Assembly: GCF_023585785.1 (NCBI RefSeq)
Contig: NZ_CP097765.1
Coordinates: forward strand, 210,001 to 242,000
Source of the DNA: Blochmannia endosymbiont of Camponotus modoc
GTDB lineage: Bacteria > Pseudomonadota > Gammaproteobacteria > Enterobacterales > Enterobacteriaceae
Length of the DNA stretch: 32,000 nucleotides
Direction: 5' to 3'
Of this stretch, positions 7,701 through 17,264 are shown one piece after another. Numbering within the stretch: position 1 is the stretch's first letter; each line of letters starts with the position of its first letter. The notes under the pieces were generated by a model. That model was not told the DNA's origin and searched no databases. It worked only from the letters and a program-made list of their open reading frames with translations. The translations under genes were made by a program, and so were the position numbers.

Positions 7701-9797
7701 TTACAGGTTTTTATTCTGATCGTAAAGTACTTGAATATCATTTTCATCTATTTCGGCATCAAAAAAAGATTTAATCATTTTAACGTACGGATCACTTGAA
7801 AATTCTTGTTTTATTAATGATATTTTTTCTTTATATAGAGCATGTAAATGTTCCATTGGTGTTTTTATTGCATAATTGTCATCTTTTTTTATATGTAATT
7901 TTATTGGTATACCCATATTATTGCTGAGTGATTTTTGTATGATATTACGGAGTTCTGTAGAATCTAAATGTTGGTAATCAGAACGAACATGTAAGCATAT
8001 TTCATCTGAAGAAATTTTTTCTTTCCACGAATTCATAACTAATTTTTTTGCTAATTTTGGTAATGACAAACAATATATTTGTGATATCCATAAATCATTT
8101 TTTATTGCTTTTTGCAGTATTTCTTGTATGAAATCGGGCATATTTCGATAGTTTTTATGCAGGTTTTCCTTATCATTACTGTTATTACTAAATTCTAAAT
8201 ATCCTGATAAATTTTTATTAATTTTATCGAAACGATCAAAACTATTTTTTAAAATTATTGTATTAATACTGGCAAATCGTTCTAATATATCTTTTATTTT
8301 TTTTTGAGATTCTAAAGTTAAATTTGATTTCTTTTTTATTACATTTAACTTGTTACGTTCTTTATATTGTAATAGCTTTGATCGAGCTTCTAATATTATA
8401 GAAGTAATATCTGTAGTCTCTCTATTAGAGACAGATCTTGAAATTTTGGGTTTGGTATTATCCAAATGTAATTCGGATTTTTTAAAATTTAAGAGTAATA
8501 GATTATTTGTTTTTTTTAATTTTTCTGTATTTAATACATTCTTACTACCTTGATTATGATTTTTTTTTTGAAAAGGATCAGTAGCAATATATTGTGTATC
8601 ATTAGTATTTATCTCAGCTTTATTATCTGAGCATATAGATTTTGCAAGTATACTATCATCACCATTATCATTACCATTTTTTTTGTTTGCTATGTCTACA
8701 TCAGGACGAAAAGCTAATGCTCGTAACATGGTCATTTCTATTCCCATGCGATGACTAGGAGCGTAAGGTAATTCACGACGACCTATTAGAAATATTTGAT
8801 AATATAATTGTACATTTTCTGGCGTAATACGATTACTTAATTTACGTATACGTTGATTGATATGTTGTACTACATTGTTATTCTCTTTTTGTACAGAATT
8901 TGACAGAAATTGACCTATAGCTATTTTCTGAAAGATAGTAAGAATTTCATTGAAAACATAATCCCAATGAATTCCCAAAACGGTCAAATTTTCAATTTGG
9001 TGCATAATATTATGTATATCTTCATCAATTAAGCTCTCAATTAAACATAATGGATGTTCGATATTCGATATACCAAACATGTTATTAATAACACTATTAG
9101 TTATCTCATTATTTCCTAAGACAATAGCTTGTTCTGCCAAACTAAGCGCGTCACGCATACTTCCTTTTGATGCATATGCTAATGATTCTAAAGCAGAAGT
9201 TTCTATGTTTATGTTTTCTTTATGAAAGATATATGTTAGTTGAGTTATAATTTGAGAAATATTTAGAGGTTTCAAGTAAAACTGTAAACATCGGGATAAG
9301 ATAGTCTCCGGTAATTTTTGGTATTCAGTAGTAATCAAAATAAATTTAACATGTGCAGGTGGTTCTTCTAATGTCTTTAATAAGGCATTGAAACTATGAC
9401 GTGATAACATATGTACTTCATCTATGAGATATACTTTAAAGCGACCCCGAGATGGCATGTATTGTACATTATCTAGAAATTCCCTAGTATCTTCTACTTT
9501 AGTGCGTGATGCTGCGTCTATTTCAATTAGATCAATAAAACAACCTAATTCAATATCTTTACAATTATTACATTGACCACACATGATATATGTTGTGCCT
9601 TGTTCACAGTTTAATCCTTTTGCGAATAATCGAGCAATAGTAGTTTTTCCTACTCCTCTTGTACCGGATAATATATAAGCATGGTGAATTTTATTTAATG
9701 AAAAAGTATGTGTTATTGCTTGAATGATGTGTTCTTGCCCTACAATATCAGAAAATTTTTTTGGACGCCACTTACGGGCGAGTACTTGATAACTCAT
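7701..9797 (-). CDS. dnaX: DNA polymerase III subunit tau (and probable gamma)
   Basis: 698 aa. N-terminal clamp-loader AAA+ module (GTRGVGKTT Walker A, DEVHML, SRC motif, Cys-rich zinc module CGQCNNC). A long N/K-rich linker follows, then a conserved C-terminal tau domain (WISQIYCLSLPKLAKKL ... FDAEIDE). Confidence 0.95.
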   Translation of the reverse strand: MSYQVLARKWRPKKFSDIVGQEHIIQAITHTFSLNKIHHAYILSGTRGVGKTTIARLFAKGLNCEQGTTYIMCGQCNNCKDIELGCFIDLIEIDAASRTKVEDTREFLDNVQYMPSRGRFKVYLIDEVHMLSRHSFNALLKTLEEPPAHVKFILITTEYQKLPETILSRCLQFYLKPLNISQIITQLTYIFHKENINIETSALESLAYASKGSMRDALSLAEQAIVLGNNEITNSVINNMFGISNIEHPLCLIESLIDEDIHNIMHQIENLTVLGIHWDYVFNEILTIFQKIAIGQFLSNSVQKENNNVVQHINQRIRKLSNRITPENVQLYYQIFLIGRRELPYAPSHRMGIEMTMLRALAFRPDVDIANKKNGNDNGDDSILAKSICSDNKAEINTNDTQYIATDPFQKKNHNQGSKNVLNTEKLKKTNNLLLLNFKKSELHLDNTKPKISRSVSNRETTDITSIILEARSKLLQYKERNKLNVIKKKSNLTLESQKKIKDILERFASINTIILKNSFDRFDKINKNLSGYLEFSNNSNDKENLHKNYRNMPDFIQEILQKAIKNDLWISQIYCLSLPKLAKKLVMNSWKEKISSDEICLHVRSDYQHLDSTELRNIIQKSLSNNMGIPIKLHIKKDDNYAIKTPMEHLHALYKEKISLIKQEFSSDPYVKMIKSFFDAEIDENDIQVLYDQNKNL
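8554..8569 (-). other. Candidate recoding (slippage) site in dnaX: A10 tract plus a -1 frame stop
   Basis: mRNA reads ttt caa aaa aaa aat cat aat (codons F409 Q410 K411 K412 N413). The A10 tract corresponds to plus-strand T10 at 8560-8569. A -1 shift, or one extra A in the transcript, gives aaa tca TAA (stop at 8554-8556). Confidence 0.45.
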
Positions 9798-9867
9798 AAG
9801 ATACAGCTCATATAGTAATTATTATAAATATAGGAACTAAAACTTATTGGTTTAGTGGGATATATTT

Positions 9868-10422
9868 TTAATGATTCGAGAATGTCACTAAACTATAGGA
9901 ATTTATTTCTATTTTCTTTAATAATGATTTTCCACCTAAATTTTCTAAATCTATTATAAATCCAGCATGATTTACTTCCCCTCCTAACCGTCTGATTAAT
10001 TTTACTGTTGCTGCGATTGTTCCGCCCGTTGCTAGTAAATCATCTATAATTAAAACTTGGTCACCTGGAGTAATGGCATCGGTGTGTATTTCTAAGAATC
10101 CATTATCATATTCTAAAATATATGGCTCTCTAATAGTATCACGTGGTAATTTTCCTGATTTACGGGCTGGAATAAAACCTAGTTTCAGTATTAATGCTAA
10201 TGGAGCGCTGAATAAGAATCCTCTAGCTTCTATGCCTACTACTTTATTTAATTTATGATTTCTATAATGATAGGCCAAAAGAGTAATGCTTGCTGAATAT
10301 GCTTGAGGATTTTTTAACAATTCAGTGATATCTCGAAATAAAATGCCTTTTTTTGGATAATTAGGTACAAATTGGATACTTTTTTTGATCAATTCTAATT
10401 GTTGATCTGTAACATTTCTCAT
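9868..10422 (-). CDS. apt: Adenine phosphoribosyltransferase
   Basis: 184 aa. [12 protein letters not shown] and [17 protein letters not shown]-binding motifs, collinear with E. coli Apt. Confidence 0.95.
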   Translation of the reverse strand: MRNVTDQQLELIKKSIQFVPNYPKKGILFRDITELLKNPQAYSASITLLAYHYRNHKLNKVVGIEARGFLFSAPLALILKLGFIPARKSGKLPRDTIREPYILEYDNGFLEIHTDAITPGDQVLIIDDLLATGGTIAATVKLIRRLGGEVNHAGFIIDLENLGGKSLLKKIEINSYSLVTFSNH

Positions 10423-11317
10423 ATTTTTTCAAAATAGAAACAATATTTATTTAGATTTGTATACATTTATATATAAATTTTTTGCCACTAAATTTTAGTA
10501 AACTACTTTATTCGTAAAACAATATTATATATTTGTATAATTTATAATATTGTTTTTTAATAAATATAATTTAAATATGATACATGTATCTTATATATAT
10601 TTTTAGTGAAAATTTCAAGTATTTATTTTAAATAAATGAATATTTTTTATAAGAATATTTTAAATAGATTGGTATATAAATGTATATAATTGAAATATGT
10701 ATTCAAATTATTTAGTTATTAATGATAAATGAGTACATGTTATTTTTTTTAAAAAAAAGCGTAAAATGATTATATAGTCAATATATAATGTATTTTAGGA
10801 TAAAAAATTATTAAATTTGAATATATTTTTCAAATATTATGAGCAATTTGTAAATTTTTTGTTTAAACATATTTAATTATTTGTAAAAGATATTTTTTAG
10901 TGATATTAGTATCGAACTAATTTAGATATTTTTGGTGGATTGTTTATTTGTATCTGCAGCATCGTACATTCTAAAGATTAAAAATTATGGTTTTTAGTAA
11001 AAGCATAAAAAATTGAAAAATTAGTATGTTTGAGAAAATATAAAACTATAATGATAAATATGTTCTAAAAAAAATAAACACAACACTTGCAATAACGATA
11101 TCTTGACTCATTTCTATTTCATGAGTCATATTTTTATATGACCAAATATCCATTTGGCAGATCAAACAAAGATGCTGATAAATATTTCTATTTTATTATT
11201 AAAAGAACAGATACATTATCACTACCCCTCTGGAAGTGAAAATATGCAGTTATATTTTATTTTTTTATTAATACGAAAAACTCATAAAAATTAAAATGCC
11301 ACCTTACTTTTTACTTT

Positions 11318-11427
11318 ATCGGGATGCTAAACAAAAATACCCATCGTAGTTCTTTATTACGGCTGCTTCTTTCCAGACCTGACCGATTTTTTAAAAATTA
11401 TTATGGATAATTTGATAACATCCCTAC
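11318..11427 (-). ncRNA. ffs: 4.5S RNA / SRP RNA
   Basis: The minus strand contains tcggtcaggtctGGAAagaagcagcc, matching the universally conserved SRP domain IV (E. coli GGUCAGGUCCGGAAGGAAGCAGCC). Flanking arms pair (gggatg 11419-11424 with catccc 11321-11326; atccat with atgggt), giving the long hairpin expected of 4.5S RNA. It lies between apt and lon, as in E. coli. Ends are approximate (+/- 5 nt). Confidence 0.8.
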
Positions 11428-11431
11428 GGAG

Positions 11432-11460
11432 ATTATCTGTGATTATCTTAAATTTTTCAA
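11432..11460 (-). promoter_or_regulatory. Sigma-70-type promoter for ffs
   Basis: Minus strand reads TTGAAA (11460-11455), 17 nt spacer, GATAAT (11437-11432), then 5-8 nt to the first G/A of the predicted RNA helix. It is near-consensus in hexamers and spacing. AT-rich DNA produces many -10-like hexamers, hence moderate confidence. Confidence 0.5.
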
Positions 11461-12166
11461 GTAATAATTAAATATTTAAGTATAAGTAAAGATTTAAACT
11501 AAAAATACATTTTGTGTTTGTAATCATGTGGTTTAAAAATATTTTTTAATTTCGAAATTAGTTGATTAAAACGTCTATAATGTGATTTATGAAGTGTGTG
11601 TGACTAAGATGACAGGATTTTTGTATTTTAATTTTAATTTAATATGCCTTGACTGTAAAACAAAAAATTTTTAATTATTTGCATGGATTTCTTATTAATT
11701 ACCATTTAATGCTAATAGTTAATATTGGTATTCAAAAAAAATATGTCAAATAGTTTGATTACTATTGTTCTTATCATCGAATAAAAATAAATACAGCGTA
11801 CTTAGTAATGCTGAACATATAATTTAATGGAAATATCATAGTCGTTAGGCATATATAGTATATACAAAATTTTTTAAAATAATTAAAACACACTAACCAT
11901 GGTATAAAAAAATGAGGAAGTGTTATACAAAAATATTAATTCTATTAAAATAACTTTTTTATTATTTAATCCATAATAATCAAAAATCAATAGTAATATT
12001 TAACTTTTTATGAATTTTTGTTAAAAAAATAAAAATTACTTCTATTTAATTAGAACATCATACTATAGTTCTTATATATATTTCATATGTGATTATTTTA
12101 ATACAACAAATGATACACCTTATTTTTATTGTATCTCTATGTTTTTTTTACGAATTACACGATATG

Positions 12167-14533
12167 TCATACTAATGATGCTTTAGGTGTTATTTCAGAA
12201 TTAAACGGGATATTTTGTAGCGCTAATATTAAAACTTCGTCTATTTGTTTGACTGGATGAATATCCAAATTATTAACTACAATAGCTGGCATATCTTCTA
12301 AATCGCGTTTGTTTTCATACGGTATTAATACTGTTTTAATGCCTCCTCGATGCGCAGCTAACAATTTTTCTTTTAATCCACCAATAGGTAATATTTGCCC
12401 CCTTAAAGTTATTTCTCCTGTCATCGCTACACTAGCTTTAACAGAATTTCCTGTTAAACAAGAAACTAAAGCAGTACACATAGCAATTCCAGCGCTTGGT
12501 CCGTCTTTCGGAGTAGCTCCTTCTGGTACATGTACATGAATATCTTTTTTTTCATAAAAATCAGTATTAATACCTAATTTATCTGCACGCGCTCTTACCA
12601 CAGTCAATGCAGCTTGAATAGATTCTTGCATAACTTCACCTAAAGATCCAGTATATGTCAATTTTCCTTTTCCAGGAACACAAGCAGTTTCAATAGTTAA
12701 AAGATCTCCTCCTACTTCAGTCCAAGCTAATCCCGTAACTTGCCCTACACGATTTTCTTGATCTGCATGAGTACAATCGTAGCGTTGCACACCAAGAAAG
12801 TCTTTTAAATTATTTTTATCAATGCTTATGTGTCTTATTTTTTTATTCATTAAAAGCATTTTTACTGTTTTACGACATAATTTAGAAATTTCACGTTCTA
12901 AATTACGTACTCCAGCTTCGCGCGTATAATGTCTAATAATATTTACTAAAGCATCGTCTTGAATTGTTAGTTCTTCTGGTTTTAAAGCGTTACGCTCTAT
13001 TTGTTTAGTAAATAAATGCTGTCGTGCTATATTTAACTTTTCATCTTCGGTATAACCAGATAAACGTATTACTTCCATTCGATCTAACAAAGGACTGGGA
13101 ATATCCATTGAGTTAGAAGTAGCAACAAACATAACATCAGACAAATCATAATCTATTTCTAAATAATGATCATTAAAAGCAGTATTTTGTTCTGGATCTA
13201 ATACTTCTAGCAAAGCAGCAGCTGGATCTCCACGCATATCTAAAGACATCTTATCTATTTCATCTAAAAGGAATAACGGATTCCTTACTCCAACTTTGGA
13301 CATCTTTTGTATAAGTTTACCAGGCATGGATCCAATGTAGGTACGACGGTGGCCTCTAATTTCGGCTTCATCGCGCATACCACCTAAAGCCATACGTATA
13401 TATTTACGTCCAGTTGCTTTGGCGATAGATCGCCCAAGTGATGTTTTACCTACTCCAGGGGGTCCTACTAAACATAAAATAGGGCCTTTAATTTTGTTTA
13501 TTCTATTTTGTACTGCTAAATATTCTAAAATTCTATCTTTAACACGCTCTAATCCGTAGTGGTCTTTGTCCAGGCTTTCTTGAGCTTTAAGTAAATCTTT
13601 TTTCATTTTACTTCTTGCATGCCAAGGTACTGATAGTATCCAATCAATATATCCACGAACTACAGCAGCTTCAGCAGACATAGGGGACATCATTTTTAAT
13701 TTTTGCCACTCTGATTCTACTTTTTTTCGTGCCTCTTTAGGCATTTTAGCTGCCTCTATTTTGCGTCTAAGAGATTCATTTTCGTCAATAACAGCATCTA
13801 GTTCTCCCAGTTCTTTTTGTATAGCTTTCATTTGTTCATTTAAGTAATACTCACGTTGGCTCTTTTCCATTTGTTTTTTTACACGATTGCGAATACGTTT
13901 TTCAACTTGTAATAATTCAATTTCTGATTCCATCATTGCTATTAAATATTCTAGTCTTTCTGTAACATCTGACATTTCTAAAATGGATTGTTTATCATCT
14001 AATTTGAGTGGCATATGAGCGGCGATGGTATCAGCAAGACGATCTGCATTGTCAATATTATTCAAGGATGTTAAAACTTCAGAGGGTATTTTCTTATTAA
14101 GTTTAAGAAATCCTTCAAATTGATTAATAACAGTGCGCATTAGAACTTTTTGTTCACGTTCGTTTAATTCGTTAGGATGAAAAAAAGCACTTGCTTGAGC
14201 TTTAAAGTGATTTCCAGTATCAATTAACTCAATGATACGGGCGCGCTCTAGTCCTTCTACTAATACTTTGACTGTACCATCTGGTAATTTGAGCATCTGT
14301 AATATTATAGATACTGTTCCAACTGAAAAAAGGTCATTAATACTTGGTTCATCGGTTGATGCTTCTTTTTGAGCTACTAACATAACTTTTTTGTCGTCAT
14401 TCATGGCGGATTCGAGACATCTAATTGATTTGTCCCGACCAACGAATAACGGAATCACCATATGTGGATACACCACTACATCACGCAAAGGCAATACAGG
14501 GATTTCTATGCGCTCAGTTTGATCAGTATTCAT
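12167..14533 (-). CDS. lon: ATP-dependent Lon protease
   Basis: 788 aa, very highly conserved against E. coli Lon from the N-terminus (ERIEIPVLPLRDVVVYPHMVIPLFVGR). It carries Walker A GPPGVGKTS and the catalytic PKDGPSAGIAM serine motif. Confidence 0.97.
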   Translation of the reverse strand: MNTDQTERIEIPVLPLRDVVVYPHMVIPLFVGRDKSIRCLESAMNDDKKVMLVAQKEASTDEPSINDLFSVGTVSIILQMLKLPDGTVKVLVEGLERARIIELIDTGNHFKAQASAFFHPNELNEREQKVLMRTVINQFEGFLKLNKKIPSEVLTSLNNIDNADRLADTIAAHMPLKLDDKQSILEMSDVTERLEYLIAMMESEIELLQVEKRIRNRVKKQMEKSQREYYLNEQMKAIQKELGELDAVIDENESLRRKIEAAKMPKEARKKVESEWQKLKMMSPMSAEAAVVRGYIDWILSVPWHARSKMKKDLLKAQESLDKDHYGLERVKDRILEYLAVQNRINKIKGPILCLVGPPGVGKTSLGRSIAKATGRKYIRMALGGMRDEAEIRGHRRTYIGSMPGKLIQKMSKVGVRNPLFLLDEIDKMSLDMRGDPAAALLEVLDPEQNTAFNDHYLEIDYDLSDVMFVATSNSMDIPSPLLDRMEVIRLSGYTEDEKLNIARQHLFTKQIERNALKPEELTIQDDALVNIIRHYTREAGVRNLEREISKLCRKTVKMLLMNKKIRHISIDKNNLKDFLGVQRYDCTHADQENRVGQVTGLAWTEVGGDLLTIETACVPGKGKLTYTGSLGEVMQESIQAALTVVRARADKLGINTDFYEKKDIHVHVPEGATPKDGPSAGIAMCTALVSCLTGNSVKASVAMTGEITLRGQILPIGGLKEKLLAAHRGGIKTVLIPYENKRDLEDMPAIVVNNLDIHPVKQIDEVLILALQNIPFNSEITPKASLV

Positions 14534-14619
14534 AGAGCGATCTCTCTTGGTTATAACTTGTTAATATTATAACATCTTTGATATTCAGCTGCACCATTTT
14601 AATAACCAAATGCTTAAAA

Positions 14620-14647
14620 ATATGGGGACAAATTAATTATATTCAAC
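14620..14647 (-). promoter_or_regulatory. Sigma-32 (heat-shock) type promoter of lon
   Basis: Minus strand reads gTTGAAt-ataattaatttgt-CCCCATATtt. TTGAA, 14 nt, CCCCATAT fits the sigma-32 consensus CTTGAA-N13-15-CCCCATNT. It lies about 85-115 nt upstream of the lon ATG. The G/C-rich CCCCAT block stands out in a spacer otherwise nearly all A/T. Confidence 0.7.
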
Positions 14648-15871
14648 ATCGAGCATTATGAAAAATAAAAAATAAATAATTATTTATACCGAATTTATTT
14701 TATTATTTAACATTTATTAGATTTTAATTACGTAAAAAAATTATTTTTATGTATTAAAACACGCTTAGTATTTTTAATAATTTAATTTTCATTAAAATAT
14801 GTATATATAAGTATGTTCTAATAAAGCTATTAACTATTTTAATTTTTCAGATATAATTGTTTATTTTATTGAAAGTATATTAGTGTAATCAGTATTTCTG
14901 ATATATATAGTTTTACATGCATGTAAAGTTAATCATGTTAACTTGATAAAACATTAAATCATATTTTTTAGATACCAAGTAATTAATTATTTTTTTTGAA
15001 TAATAAATTTGTGTCTAAATAAGTGAATGTACTTCATAACATAATTAGATATCATATTATTATGAACAGATAATTTTTATCTGTCATCAGTAATTATAAT
15101 TACAAGGTTTTAATTTAATTTAATAATAGAAATGCAACAATATTTGAATTTATGTGTAAATATGATGATATACCAAAATTTGGTAAAAGATTTATTTTTG
15201 TAAAACTATTTTTTAATGATGGTAGCAGACTATATTGATAAATAATTCTTGTTATTAATAGTTTTAGATGCGTAAATTGTCGATTATATAAAGATTGTAT
15301 GATTATATGTTATCTCAATCAATTAACGTTTGTATAGATTAAGAGTATTTTATCTTCTATCATGTTGTGATGTGTTTTTATTATGTTTATAATTACTCAG
15401 AAGAGATTACTGTTTTTATTAATACTTTAATTAAATAATTAAAAAAATAATTATTTTTAAAAATTAAAGTTTTTGATGTTATTTGTATGTATGACTATTT
15501 CAATGGAAATTATGTTATCATTGATATTATTTATTTTCAGATAATGTGTAGATATAAATTCATATATTTAACAATTTTCTATTTTGATATTTTTTATTTA
15601 TTATTTATTAAAACTTTAATTAAAATTAGATATATGTTAGTAGCGACCTAAATTAGAGAAGTTATAATTTATATACTCGATAATATTTATGTAATAATTA
15701 ATTACATCTAAAAATATAATTAACTTTTAAAAAGTTATTCTTTACACTGTAAAACTATAAAATTTGTTAAATCGATACATTAATTTTATTGATTATGTAT
15801 ATCTGTGTATAACATGTATTTTTACGATTTAAAAAAAGATCTTTTCAGTAAAAATGTATGTAATTTTTATT

Positions 15872-17212
15872 TTAAATACCTGCTATTTTCATAGAAGATA
15901 TTAAAACGGATCCACAATGAATATGATTACGTGTTTCAATATCGTGTCCAATAGCATCAATATTATAAAACATATCTTTTAGATTGCCAGCAATAGCAAT
16001 TTCATTTACTGGATATTGAATATTCCCGTTTTCTACCCAAAAACCAGCTACTCCACGTGAATAATCTCCGGTAGTAATATTAATTCCTTGCCCCATTATA
16101 TTAGTGACAACAAGGCCGCGTCGCATATTCTTAATTAATTCCACAAAACTTAAATTTTGATAACTAATATACCAATTATAGATGCCGTCAGCATGTCCAG
16201 TGTTTTTTAATCCCATTTTACGCGCAGAATAACTGTTTAAAATCCAACTATTTAATATACCATCTTCTACAATAGTGCGGTTTAAAGTTTGTACCCCTTC
16301 GCTATCAAATGGGGCCGAGCCCAATCCTTTTAATACATGTGGGCGTTCTTTAATTGATATCCAAGAAGGAAAAATTTTTTTCTTCAGATCATTTAATAAA
16401 AAAGTAGATTTACGAAATACATTATCCCCATGAATAGCACTTGCTAAATGGTGGAATAAACTTGTGGCTACTTCTGCAGAGAACAATACTGGAGATTCCA
16501 TTGTTTTTAATTTTTTAGGATTTAAATGATTTAGAGCGCGTTGAGCACATTCTTGTCCAACCCATTCTGGTGAACGTAAATCATCAAATGAACGACTTAA
16601 TGTATATGCATAATTTTGTTCCATAATATCATTGCTTGCAGCAATCACACCACAACATAAAGAATGTTGGCTACTGGTGTAACTTTGTAACATACCATGA
16701 CTATTCCCGAAAACCTTAGTAGTAAAATAACTGCTAAATCTACCTCCTTCAGTATAAATTATACGTTTATCATATTTTAATGCTGTTTCTTCTGCTGTAG
16801 ATGCTAGAGTCACTCCTAATTTAGTATCTAAACTAATTGGATGAAATAAGTCAAGATTCATAGAATTGAATGCTAATAGTTCTTTATCGGCAATTCCAGC
16901 ATATGGGTCTGGAGAAGTATAAGATGCTATATCCGCTGCAGCTTCCACAGTACGGTTTATTGTTTTCTTATTTAAATCATTCGAAAGAGCATTGCCTTTT
17001 CGTTGTTGACGAAATATAGTTATGTCTAAGATACCGCGATTATTAAATTCTACATTTTCAAGTTTTCCGTAGCGAGTACTGACTGTGATTCCTGTAGTTT
17101 TAACTACTGAAACTTCCACTTCATTTGAATATGCATGTGCTAAACTTAATGTGTGATTTACTATATTTTCTAAAAAATTACGTTGTTGTATCACGTCATC
17201 TATGTCATTCAT
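15872..17212 (-). CDS. pmbA: Metalloprotease PmbA (TldE), partner of TldD
   Basis: 446 aa, full-length collinear similarity to enterobacterial PmbA/TldE (PmbA_TldD family). A strong Shine-Dalgarno caggagg lies 5 nt before the ATG. Confidence 0.93.
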   Translation of the reverse strand: MNDIDDVIQQRNFLENIVNHTLSLAHAYSNEVEVSVVKTTGITVSTRYGKLENVEFNNRGILDITIFRQQRKGNALSNDLNKKTINRTVEAAADIASYTSPDPYAGIADKELLAFNSMNLDLFHPISLDTKLGVTLASTAEETALKYDKRIIYTEGGRFSSYFTTKVFGNSHGMLQSYTSSQHSLCCGVIAASNDIMEQNYAYTLSRSFDDLRSPEWVGQECAQRALNHLNPKKLKTMESPVLFSAEVATSLFHHLASAIHGDNVFRKSTFLLNDLKKKIFPSWISIKERPHVLKGLGSAPFDSEGVQTLNRTIVEDGILNSWILNSYSARKMGLKNTGHADGIYNWYISYQNLSFVELIKNMRRGLVVTNIMGQGINITTGDYSRGVAGFWVENGNIQYPVNEIAIAGNLKDMFYNIDAIGHDIETRNHIHCGSVLISSMKIAGI

Positions 17213-17264
17213 ATTATCCTCCTGTAATAAGAATTCCTAATTAACATAAACGGCTCCTAATATG

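Noticed and set aside
10743-10758. T8A8 block (ttttttttaaaaaaaa) as a 16-bp palindrome
   Set aside because: It is a homopolymer-based, low-complexity sequence. It may bend DNA but carries no information beyond AT richness.
12112-12135. Short hairpin gataca-N12-tgtatc about 35 nt downstream of the lon stop, considered as a terminator. A similar one lies after accC: 25238-25259, gaaaaaa...ttttttc
   Set aside because: The stems are 6-7 bp and AT-rich with poor or absent U-tracts. Such structures are abundant by chance here, so they are not reported as features.
15424-15470. Nested inverted repeats actttaatt...aattaaagt and aaataatta-aaaaaa-taattattt
   Set aside because: The arms are only 9 bp and almost purely A/T, with non-concentric arms. 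This is within chance expectation for this composition.
14648-15871. Calling explicit pseudogenes (clpX here; purEK at 5727-6618; ppiB at 4596-4967; hupB/ppiD at 11461-12166)
   Set aside because: The calls would rest on synteny alone. I could not read any conserved protein motif in any frame by eye, so these stay as hypotheses in the findings rather than annotated pseudogene features.
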